DNA of 64,000 nt from Eledone cirrhosa (lineage: Eukaryota), in the NCBI GenBank assembly GCA_964016885.1, contig OZ024743.1, positions 139,438,001 through 139,502,000 of the forward strand, given 5' to 3'. The translations under genes were made by a program, and so were the position numbers. The notes beneath the pieces were generated by a model, which did no database searches, had not been told where the DNA came from, and saw only the letters and a list, made by a program, of their open reading frames with translations. Positions 51,891 to 63,000 of this stretch are shown here, piece after piece; position 1 is the first letter of the stretch, and each line of letters starts with the position of its first letter.

Positions 51891-54800
51891 TGCTTGGTGT
51901 TTGGTGCTTGGTGTTTGTACTTGGTGCTTGGTGCTTGGTGTTTTGTGCTTGGTTCTTGGTGTTTGGTGTTTGGTGCTTGGTACTTGGTGCTTGGTGTTAG
52001 GTGTTTGGTGCTTGGTGCTTGGTGTTTGGTGTTTGGTCCTTGGTGCTTGGTGCTTGGTGTTTAGTGCTTGGTGCTTGGTGTTTGTTGTTTGGTGCTTTCT
52101 GTTTGCTGCTTGGTGTTTGCTGCTTGGTGCTTGGTGCTTGGTGTTTGGTGTTTGGTGCTAGGTGCTTGGTGTTTGGTGTTTGGTGTTTGATGCTTGGTGT
52201 TTGGTGCTTGGTGTTTGGTGCTTGGGGCTTGGGGCTTGGTGTTTGGTGCTTGGTGCTTGGTGCTTGGTGTTTGGTGCTTGGTGCTTGGTGTTTGGTGTTT
52301 GGTGTTTGGTGCTTGGTGCTTGGTGTTTGGTGCTTGGTGCTTGGTGCTGGGTGGTTGGTATTTGGTGATTGGTGCTTGGTGCTTGGTGTTTGGTGCTTGG
52401 TGCTTGGTGCTTGGTCTTTGGTGCTTGGTGTTTGGTGTTTGGTGCTTGGTGCTTTGTGTTTGGTGCTTGGTGATTAGTGTTTGGTGCTTGGTACTTGGTG
52501 TTTGGTGCTTGGTGTTTGGTGTTTGCTGTTTGGTGTTTGGTGTTTGGTGTTTGCTGTTTGGTGTCTGCTTTTTGGTGTTTGGTGTTTGCTGTATGGTGTT
52601 TGCTGTTTCGTGTTTGGTGTTTGCTGTTTGGTGTTTGGTGTTTGCTGTTTGGTGTTTGGTCTTTGGTGCTTGGTGTTTGGTGCTTGGTGCTTGGTGTTTG
52701 GTGTTTGGTGCTTGGTGCTTGGTGCTTGGTGTTTGGTGCTTGGTGTCTGGTGCTTGGTGTCTGGTGCTTGGTGTTTGGTGTTTTGTGTTTGGTGTTTGGT
52801 GCTTGTTGCTCGGTGCTTGGTGCTTGGTGTTTGGTGCTTGGTGCTTGGTGTTTGGTGCTGGGTGCTTGGTGTTTGGTGCTTGGTGCTTGGTGCTTGGTGT
52901 TTGGTGTTTGGTGTTATATGCTTGGTGTTTGATGCTTGGTGCTTGGTGCTTGGTGTTTGGTGTTTGGTGCTTGGTGTTTTATGCTTGGTGTTTGATGTTT
53001 GGTGCTTGGTGCTTGGTGTTTGGTGCTTGGTGCTTGGTGTTTGTACTTGGTGCTTGGTGCTTGGTTCTTGGTGTTTGGTGCTTGGTGCTTGGTGCTTGGT
53101 GCTTGGTGTTTGGTGCTTGGTGTTTGGTGCTTGGTGTTTGGTGCTTGGTGCCTGGTGCTTGGTGCTTGGTGCTTGGTGTTTGGTGCTTGGTGTTTGCTGC
53201 TTGGTATTAGGTGTTTGGTGCTTGGTGCTTGGTGTTTGGTGTTTGGTGCTTGGTGTTTGGTGCTTGGTGTTTGGTGTTTGGTGCTTGGTGTTTGGTGCTT
53301 GGTACTTGGTGCTTGGTGCTTGGTGTTAGGTGTTTGGTGCTTGGTGCTTGGTGTTTGGTTTTTGGTGCTTGGTGCTTGGTGTTTGGTGTTTGGTGCTTGC
53401 TGCTGGCTGCTTGGTGTTTGGTGCTTGGTGATTGGTGCTTGGTGTTTGGTGCTTGGTGTTTGGTGTTTGGTACTAGGTGCTTGGTGCTTGGTGTTTGGTG
53501 CTTGGTGCTTGGTGTTTGGTGCTTGGTGCTGGGTTCTGGGTGGTTGGTGTTTGGTGCTTGGTGTTTGGTGCTGGGTGCTTGGTGTTTGGTGCTTGGTGCT
53601 TGGTCTTTGGTGTTTGGTGTTTGGTGTTTGGGGCTTGGTGCTTGGTGCTTGGTGTTTGGTGCTTGGTGCTTGGTGTTTGGTGCTTGGTGCTTAGTGTTTG
53701 GTGCTAGGTGCTTGGGGTTTGGTGTTTGGTGCTTGGTGTTTGGTGTTTGGTGCTTGGTGCTTGGTGTTTGGTGTTTGGTGCTTGGTGCTTGGTGTTTGGT
53801 GTTTCCTGTTTGCTGTTTGGTGTTTGGTGTTTGGTGTTTGCTGTTTGGTGTCTGCTTTTTGCTGTTTGGTGTTTGCTGTATGTTATTTGCTGTTTGGTGT
53901 TTGGTGTTTGGTGTTTGGTGCTTGGTGCTTGGTGTTTGGTGCTTGGTGCTTGGTGTTTGGTGCCTGGTACTTGGGGCTTGGTGTTTGGTGTTTGGTGTTT
54001 GGTGCTTGGTGCTTGGAGTTTGGTGTTTGGTGCTTGGTGCTTGGTGTTTTGTGTTTGGTGTTTGGTTTTTGGTGCTTGGTGCTTGGTGCTTGGTGCTTGG
54101 TCCTTGGTGTTTGGTGCTTGGTGCTTGGTGTTTGTACTTGGTGCTTGGTGCTTGGTGTTTGGTTCTTGGTTCTTGGTGTTTGGTACTTGGTGCTTGGTGC
54201 TTGGTGTTTGGTGTTTGGTGCTTGGTGCTTGGTGTTTGGTGTTTGGTGTTTGGTGCTTGGTGCTTGGTGTTTGGTGCTTGGTGCTTGGTGCTGGGTGGTT
54301 GGTATTTGGTGCTTGGTGCTTGGTGTTTGGTGCTTGGTGCTTGGTGCTTGGTGTTTGGTGCTTGGTGCTTGGTGCTTGGTCTTTGGTGCTTGGTGTTTGG
54401 TGTTTGGTGCTTGGTGCTTTGTGTTTGGTGCTTGATGATTAGTGTTTGGTGCTTGGTACTTGGTGTTTGGTGCTTGGTGTTTGGTGTTTGCTGTTTGGTG
54501 TTTGGTGTTTGGTGTTTGCTGTTTGGTGTCTGCTTTTTAGTGTTTGGTGTTTGCTGTATGGTGTTTGCTGTTTCGTGTTTGGTGTTTGCTGTTTGGTGTT
54601 TGGTGTTTGCTGTTTGGTGTTTGGTCTTTGGTGCTTGGTGTTTGGTGCTTGGTGCTTGGTGTTTGGTGATTGGTGCTTGGTGTTTGGTGTTTGGTGCTTG
54701 GTGCTTGGTGCTTGGTGTTTGGTGCTTGGTGTCTGGTGCTTGGTGTCTGGTGCTTGGTGTTTGGTGTTTGGTGTTTGGTGCTTGGTGTTTGGTGTTTGGT

Positions 54801-55129
54801 GCTTGTTGCTTGGTGCTTGGTGCTTGGTGTTTGGTGCTTGGTGCTTGGTGTTTGGTGCTGGGTGCTTGGTGTTTGGTGCTTGGTGCTTGGTGTTTGGTGT
54901 TTGGTGCTTGGTGCTTGGTGTTTGGTGTTTGGTGTTATATGCTTGGTGTTTGGTGCTTGGTGCTTGGTGTTTGGTGTTTGGTGCTTGGTGTTTGGTTTTT
55001 GGTGCTAGGTGCTTGGTGCTTGGTGTTTGGTGCTTGGTGTTTGGTGTTTGGTGCTTGGTGCTTGGTGTTTGGTACTTGGTGCTTGGTGCTTGGTGTTTGG
55101 TGCTTGGTGCTTGGTGTTTGGTGTTTGGT

Positions 55130-58100
55130 GTTTGGTGCTTGGTGCTTGGTGTTTGGTGCTTGGTGCTGGGTGGTTGGTGTTTGGTGCTTGGTGCTTGGTG
55201 TTTCGTGCTAGGTGCATGGTGCTTGGTGTTTGGTGCTTGGTGCTTGGTGCTTGGTCTTTGGTGTTTGGTGTTTAGTGCTTGGTGCTTGGTGCTTGGTGCT
55301 TGGTGCTTGGTGCTTGGTCCTTGGTGTTTGGGGCTTGGTGCTTGGTGTTTGGTGTTTGGTGCTTGGTGCTTGGTGCTTCGTGTTTGGTGTTTGGTGCTTG
55401 GTGTCTGGAGCTTGGTGTTTGGTGTTTGGTGCTTGGTGTTTGGTGTTTGGTGCTTGGTGCTTGGTGTTTGGTGCTTGGTGCTTGGTGTTTGTACTTGGTG
55501 CTTGGTGCTTGGTGTTTGGTGCTTGGTTCTTGGTGTTTGGTGCTTGGTGTTTGGAGCTTGGTGCTTGGTGTTTGGTGCTTGGTGCTTGGTGTTTGCTCTT
55601 GGTGCTTGGTGCTTGGTGTTTGGTGCTTGGTTCTTGGTGTTTGGTGCTTGGTGTTTGGAGCTTGGTGCTTGGTGTTTGGTGCTTGGTGCTTGGTGTTTGG
55701 TGTTTGGTGCTTGGTGCTTGGTGTTTGGTGTTTGGTGCTTGGTGTTTGGTGTTTGGTGTTTCGTGCTTGGTGCTTGGTGTTTGTTGCTTGGTACTTGGTG
55801 CATGGTGTTTGGTGCTGGGTGCTTGGTGTTTTGTGCTTGGTTCTTGGTGTTTGGTGTTTGGTGCTTGGTACTTGGTGTCTGGAGCTTGGTGTTTGGTGTT
55901 TGGTGCTTGGTGTTTGGTGCTTGGTGCTTGGTGTTTGGTGTTTGGTGTTTGATGCTTGGTGTTTTATGATTGGTGCTTGGTGTTTGGTGCTTGGTGTTTG
56001 TATTTGGTGCTTGGTGCTTGGTGTTTTGTGCTTGGTTCTTGGTGTTTGGTGTTTGGTGCTTGGTACTTGGTGCTTGGTGTTAGGTGTTTGGTGCTTGGTG
56101 CTTGGTGTTTGGTGTTTGGTCCTTGGTGCTTGGTGCTTGGTGTTTAGTGCTTGGTGCTTGGTGTTTGTTGTTTGGTGCTTTCTGTTTGCTGCTTGGTGTT
56201 TGCTGCTTGGTGCTTGGTGCTTGGTGTTTGGTGTTTGGTGCTAGGTGCTTGGTGTTTGGTGTTTGGTGTTTGATGCTTGGTGTTTGGTGCTTGGTGTTTG
56301 GTGCTTGGTGCTTGGGGCTTGGTGTTTGGTGCTTGGTGCTTGGTGCTTGGTGTTTGGTGCTTGGTGCTTGGTGTTTGGTGTTTGGTGTTTGGTGCTTGGT
56401 GCTTGGTGTTTGGTGCTTGGTGCTTGGTGCTGGGTGGTTGGTATTTGGTGCTTGGTGCTTGGTGTTTGGTGCTTGGTGCTTGGTGCTTGGTGTTTGGTGC
56501 TTGGTGCTTGGTGCTTGGTCTTTGGTGCTTGGTGTTTGGTGTTTGGTGCTTGGTGCTTTGTGTTTGGTGCTTGGTGATTAGTGTTTGGTGCTTGGTACTT
56601 GGTGTTTGGTGCTTGGTGTTTGGTGTTTGCTGTTTGGTGTTTGGTGTTTGGTGTTTGCTGTTTGGTGTCTGCTTTTTGGTGTTTGGTGTTTGCTGTATGG
56701 TGTTTGCTGTTTCGTGTTTGGTGTTTGCTGTTTGGTGTTTGGTGTTTGGTGTTTGCTGTTTGGTGTCTGCTTTTTGGTGTTTGGTGTTTGCTGTATGGTG
56801 TTTGCTGTTTCGTGTTTGGTGTTTGCTGTTTGGTGTTTGGTGTTTGCTGTTTGGTGTTTGGTCTTTGGTGCTTGGTGTTTGGTGCTTGGTGCTTGGTGTT
56901 TGGTGTTTGGTGCTTGGTGCTTGGTGCTTGGTGTTTGGTGTTTGGTGCTTGGTGCTTGGTGTTTGGTGCTTGGTGCTGGGTGGTTGTTGTTTGGTGCTTG
57001 GTGCTTGGTGTTTCGTGCTAGGTGCATGGTGCTTGGTGTTTGGTGCTTGGTGCTTGGTGCTTGGTGCTTGGTGCTTGGTCCTTGGTGTTTGGTGCTTGGT
57101 GCTTGGTGTTTGGTGTTTGGTGCTTGGTGCTTGGTGCTTCGTGTTTGGTGTTTGGTGCTTGGTGTCTGGAGCTTGGTGTTTGGTGTTTGGTGCTTGGTGT
57201 TTGGTGTTTCGTGCTTGGGGCTTGGTGTTTGGTGCTTGGTGCTTGGTGTTTGTACTTGGTGCTTGGTGCTTGGTGTTTGGTGCTTGGTTCTTGGTGTTTG
57301 GTGCTTGGTGTTTGGAGCTTGGTGCTTGGTGTTTGGTGCTTGGTGCTTGGTGTTTGTACTTGGTGCTTGGTGCTTGGTGTTTGGTGCTTGGTTCTTGGTG
57401 TTTGGTGCTTGGTGTTTGGAGCTTGGTGCTTGGTGTTTGGTGCTTGGTGCTTGGTGTTTGGTGTGTGGTGCTTGGTGCTTGGTGTTTGGTGTTTGGTGCT
57501 TGGTGTTTGGTGTTTGGTGCTTGGTGCTTGGTGTTTGTTGCTTGGTACTTGGTGCATGGTGTTTGGTGCTGGGTGCTTGGTGTTTTGTGCTTGGTTCTTG
57601 GTGTTTGGTGTTTGGTGCTTGGTACTTGGTGTCTGGAGCTTGGTGTTTGGTGTTTGGTGCTTGGTGTTTGGTGCTTGGTGCTTGGTGTTTGGTGTTTGGT
57701 GTTTGATGCTTGGTGTTTTATGCTTGGTGCTTGGTGTTTGGTGCTTGGTGTTTGTATTTGGTGCTTGGTGCTTGGTGTTTTGTGCTTGGTTCTTGGTGTT
57801 TGGTGTTTGGTGCTTGGTACTTGGTGCTTGGTGTTAGGTGTTTGGTGCTTGGTGCTTGGTGTTTGGTGTTTGGTCCTTGGTGCTTGGTGCTTGGTGTTTA
57901 GTGCTTGGTGCTTGGTGTTTGTTGTTTGGTGCTTTCTGTTTGCTGCTTGGTGTTTGCTGCTTGGTGCTTGGTGCTTGGTGTTTGGTGTTTGGTGCTAGGT
58001 GCTTGGTGTTTGGTGTTTGGTGTTTGATGCTTGGTGTTTGGTGCTTGGTGTTTGGTGCTTGGTGCTTGGGGCTTGGTGTTTGGTGCTTGGTGCTTGGTGC

Positions 58101-58490
58101 TTGGTGTTTGGTGCTTGGTGCTTGGTGTTTGGTGTTTGGTGTTTGGTGCTTGGTGCTTGGTGTTTGGTGCTTGGTGCTTGGTGCTGGGTGGTTGGTATTT
58201 GGTGCTTGGTGCTTGGTGTTTGGTGCTTGGTGCTTGGTGCTTGGTGTTTGGTGCTTGGTGCTTGGTGCTTGGTCTTTGGTGCTTGGTGTTTGGTGTTTGG
58301 TGCTTGGTGCTTTGTGTTTGGTGCTTGGTGATTAGTGTTTGGTGCTTGGTACTTGGTGTTTGGTGCTTGGTGTTTGGTGTTTGCTGTTTGGTGTTTGGTG
58401 TTTGCTGTTTGCTGTTTGGTGTCTGCTTTTTGGTGTTTGGTGTTTGCTGTATGGTGTTTGCTGTTTCGTGTTTGGTGTTTGCTGTTTGGT
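55130..58490 (+). repeat. Tandem duplication of a ~1.75-1.8 kb unit (2 copies)
   Basis: ORFs 55956/57710, 56084/57838 and 56277/58031 (1754), and 55212/57022 (1810). Shared variant TTTGTATTTGG. Confidence 0.85.
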
Positions 58491-59770
58491 GTTTGGTGTT
58501 TGCTGTTTGGTGTTTGGTCTTTGGTGCTTGGTGTTTGGTGCTTGGTGCTTGGTGTTTGGTGTTTGGTGCTTGGTGCTTGGTGCTTGGTGTTTGGTGCTTG
58601 GTGTCTGGTGCTTGGTCTCTGGTGCTTGGTGTTTGGTGTTTGGTGTTTGGTGCTTGGTGTTTGGTGTTTGGTGTTTGGTGTTTGGTGCTTGTTGCTTGGT
58701 GCTTGGTGCTTGGTGTTTGGTGCTTGGTGCTTGGTGTTTGGTGCTGGGTGCTTGGTGTTTGGTGCTTGGTGCTTGGTGCTTGGTGTTTGGTGTTTGGTGC
58801 TTGGTGCTTGGTGTTTGGTGTTTGGTGTTATATGCTTGGTGTTTGATGCTTGGTGCTTGGTGCTTGGTGTTTGGTGTTTGGTGCTTGGTGTTTTATGCTT
58901 GGTGTTTGATGTTTGGTGCTTGGTGCTTGGTGTTTGGTGCTTGGTGCTTGGTGTTTCTACTTGGTGCTTGGTGTTTGGTTCTTGGTGTTTGGTGCTTGGT
59001 GCTTGGTGCTTGGTGCTGGGTGGTTGGTATTTGGTGCTTGGTGCTTGGTGCTTGGTCTTTGGTGCTTGGTGTTTGGTGTTTGGTGCTTGGTGCTTTGTGT
59101 TTGGTGCTTGGTACTTGGTGTTTGGTGCTTGGTGTTTGGTGTTTGCTGTTTGGTGTTTGGTGTTTGCTGTTTGCTGATTGGTGTCTGCTTTTTGGTGTTT
59201 GGTGTTTGCTGTATGGTGTTTGCTGTTTCGTGTTTGGTGTTTGCTGTTTGGTGTTTGGTGTTTGCTGTTTGATGTTTGGTCTTTGGTGCTTGGTGTTTGG
59301 TGCTTGGTGCTTGGTGTTTGGTGTTTGGTGCTTGGTGCTTGGTGCTTGGTGTTTGGTGCTTGGTGTCTGGTGCTTGGTCTCTGGTGCTTGGTGTTTGGTG
59401 TTTGGTGTTTGGTGCTTGGTGTTTGGTGTTTGGTGTTTGGTGTTTGGTGCTTGTTGCTTGGTGCTTGGTGCTTGGTGTTTGGTGCTTGGTGCTTGGTGTT
59501 TGGTGCTGGGTGCTTGGTGTTTGGTGCTTGGTGCTTGGTGCTTGGTGTTTGGTGTTTGGTGCTTGGTGCTTGGTGTTTGGTGTTTGGTGTTATATGCTTG
59601 GTGTTTGATGCTTGGTGCTTGGTGCTTGGTGTTTGGTGTTTGGTGCTTGGTGTTTTATGCTTGGTGTTTGATGTTTGGTGCTTGGTGCTTGGTGTTTGGT
59701 GCTTGGTGCTTGGTGTTTCTACTTGGTGCTTGGTGCTTGGTTCTTGGTGTTTGGTGCTTGGTGCTTGGTG
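58330..59770 (+). repeat. Tandem duplication, offset 762 bp
   Basis: ORFs 58913/59675 differ by 762. The variants GGTCTCTGG and GTTTCTACTT each occur twice here and I saw them nowhere else. Confidence 0.85.
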
Positions 59771-60039
59771 CTTGGTGCTTGGTGTTTGGTGCTTGGTGTT
59801 TGGTGCTTGGTGTTTGGTGCTTGGTGCCTGGTGCTTGGTGCTTGGTGCTTGGTGTTTGGTGCTTGGTGTTTGGTGCTGGTATTAGGTGTTTGGTGCTTGG
59901 TGCTTGGTGTTTGGTGTTTGGTGCTTGGTGTTTGGTGCTTGGTGTTTGGTGTTTGGTGCTTGGTGTTTGGTGCTTGGTACTTGGTGCTTGGTGCTTGGTG
60001 TTAGGTGTTTGGTGCTTGGTGCTTGGTGTTTGGTTTTTG

Positions 60040-63000
60040 GTGCTTGGTGCTTGGTGTTTGGTGTTTGGTGCTAGGTGCTTGGTGTTTGGTGTTTGGTGTT
60101 TGATGCTTGGTGTTTGGTGCTTGGTGTTTGGTGCTTGGTGCTTGGGGCTTGGTGTTTGGTGCTTGGTGCTTGGTGCTGGGTGGTTGGTATTTGGTGCTTG
60201 GTGCTTGGTGTTTGGTGCTTGGTGCTTGGTGCTTGGTGTTTGGTGCTTGGTGCTTGGTGCTTGGTCTTTGGTGCTTGGTGTTTGGTGTTTGGTGCTTGGT
60301 GCTTTGTGTTTGGTGCTTGGTGATTAGTGTTTGGTGCTTGGTACTTGGTGTTTGGTGCTTGGTGTTTGGTGTTTGCTGTTTGGTGTTTGGTGTTTGGTGT
60401 TTGCTGTTTGGTGTCTGCTTTTTGGTGTTTGGTGTTTGCTGTATGGTGTTTGCTGTTTCGTGTTCGGTGTTTGCTGTTTGGTGTTTGGTGTTTGCTGTTT
60501 GGTGTTTGGTCTTTGGTGCTTGGTGTTTGGTGCTTGGTGCTTGGTGTTTGGTGTTTGGTGCTTGGTGTTTGGTGTTTGGTGCTTGGTGCTTGGTGCTTGG
60601 TGTTTGGTGCTTGGTGTCTGGTGCTTGGTGTCTGGTGCTTGGTGTTTGGTGTTTGGTGTTTGGTGCTTGGTGTTTGGTGTTTGGTGTTTGGTGTTTGGTG
60701 CTTGTTGCTTGGTGCTTGGTGCTTGGTGTTTGGTGCTTGGTGCTTGGTGTTTGGTGCTGGGTGCTTGGTGTTTGGTGCTTGGTGCTTGGTGTTTGGTGTT
60801 TGGTGCTTGGTGCTTGGTGTTTGGTGTTTGGTGTTATATGCTTGGTGTTTGGTGCTTGGTGCTTGGTGTTTGGTGTTTGGTTCTTGATGCTTGGTATTTG
60901 GTTCTTGGTGCTTGCTGCTTGGTGTTTGGTGCTTGGTGATTGATGCTTGGTGTTTGGTGCTTGGTGCTTGGTGTTTGGTTTTTGGTGCTAGGTGCTTGGT
61001 GCTTGGTGTTTGGTGCTTGGTGTTTGGTGTTTGGTGCTTGGTGCTTGGTGCTTGGTGTTTGGTACTTGGTGCTTGGTGCTTGGTGTTTGGTGCTTGGTGC
61101 TTGGTGTTTGGTGTTTGGTGTTTGGTGCTTGGTGCTTGGTGTTTGGTGCTTGGTGCTTGGTGCTGGGTGGTTGGTGTTTGGTGCTTGGTGCTTGGTGTTT
61201 CGTGCTAGGTGCATGGTGCTTGGTGTTTGGTGCTTGGTGCTTGGTGCTTGGTCTTTGGTGTTTGGTGTTTAGTGCTTGGTGCTTGGTGCTTGGTGCTTGG
61301 TGCTTGGTCCTTGGTGTTTGGTGCTTGGTGCTTGGTGTTTGGTGTTTGGTGCTTGGTGCTTGGTGCTTCGTGTTTGGTGTTTGGTGCTTGGTGTCTGGAG
61401 CTTGGTGTTTGGTGTTTGGTGCTTGGTGTTTGGTGTTTGGTGCTTGGTGCTTGGTGTTTGGTGCTTGGTGCTTGGTGTTTGTACTTGGTGCTTGGTGCTT
61501 GGTGTTGTGTGCTTGGTTCTTGGTGTTTGGTGCTTGGTGTTTGGAGCTTGGTGCTTGGTGTTTGGTGCTTGGTGCTTGGTGTTTGTACTTGGTGCTTGGT
61601 GCTTGGTGTTTCGTGCTTGGTTCTTGGTGTTTGGTGCTTGGTGTTTGGAGCTTGGTGCTTGGTGTTTGGTGCTTGGTGCTTGGTGTTTGGTGTTTGGTGC
61701 TTGGTGCTTCGTGTTTGGTGTTTGGTGCTTAGTGTTTGGTGTTTGGTGCTTGGTGCTTGGTGTTTGTTGCTTGGTACTTGGTGCATGGTGTTTGGTGCTG
61801 GGTGCTTGGTGTTTGGTGCTTGGTGTTTGGTGCTTGGTGCTTGGTGTTTGGTGTTTGGTGTTTGATGCTTGGTGTTTTATGCTTGGTGCTTGGTGTTTGG
61901 TGCTTGGTGTTTGTACTTGGTGCTTGGTGCTTGGTGTTTTGTGCTTGGTTCTTGGTGTTTGGTGTTTGGTGCTTGGTACTTGGTGCTTGGTGTTAGGTGT
62001 TTGGTGCTTGGTGCTTGGTGTTTGGTGTTTGGTCCTTGGTGCTTGGTGCTTGGTGTTTAGTGCTTGGTGCTTGGTGTTTGTTGTTTGGTGCTTTCTGTTT
62101 GCTGCTTGGTGTTTGCTGCTTGGTGCTTGGTGCTTGGTGTTTGGTGTTTGGTGCTAGGTGCTTGGTGTTTGGTGTTTGGTGTTTGATGCTTGGTGTTTGG
62201 TGCTTGGTGTTTGGTGCTTGGGGCTTGGGGCTTGGTGTTTGGTGCTTGGTGCTTGGTGCTTGGTGTTTGGTGCTTGGTGCTTGGTGTTTGGTGTTTGGTG
62301 TTTGGTGCTTGGTGCTTGGTGTTTGGTGCTTGGTGCTTGGTGCTGGGTGGTTGGTATTTGGTGATTGGTGCTTGGTGCTTGGTGTTTGGTGCTTGGTGCT
62401 TGGTGCTTGGTCTTTGGTGCTTGGTGTTTGGTGTTTGGTGCTTGGTGCTTTGTGTTTGGTGCTTGGTGATTAGTGTTTGGTGCTTGGTACTTGGTGTTTG
62501 GTGCTTGGTGTTTGGTGTTTGCTGTTTGGTGTTTGGTGTTTGGTGTTTGCTGTTTGGTGTCTGCTTTTTGGTGTTTGGTGTTTGCTGTATGGTGTTTGCT
62601 GTTTCGTGTTTGGTGTTTGCTGTTTGGTGTTTGGTGTTTGCTGTTTGGTGTTTGGTCTTTGGTGCTTGGTGTTTGGTGCTTGGTGCTTGGTGTTTGGTGT
62701 TTGGTGCTTGGTGCTTGGTGCTTGGTGTTTGGTGCTTGGTGTCTGGTGCTTGGTGTCTGGTGCTTGGTGTTTGGTGTTTTGTGTTTGGTGTTTGGTGCTT
62801 GTTGCTCGGTGCTTGGTGCTTGGTGTTTGGTGCTTGGTGCTTGGTGTTTGGTGCTGGATGCTTGGTGTTTGGTGCTTGGTGCTTGGTGCTTGGTGTTTGG
62901 TGTTTGGTGTTATATGCTTGGTGTTTGATGCTTGGTGCTTGGTGCTTGGTGTTTGGTGTTTGGTGCTTGGTGTTTTATGCTTGGTGTTTGATGTTTGGTG

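Noticed and set aside
50045-60040. The 9996-bp offset being an exact multiple of 7 as evidence of selected phasing
   Set aside because: I count 14 six-bp monomers in the interval (1430x7-14), so divisibility by 7 is a 1-in-7 coincidence. Other offsets (2110, 3475, 3718, 9742) are not multiples of 7.
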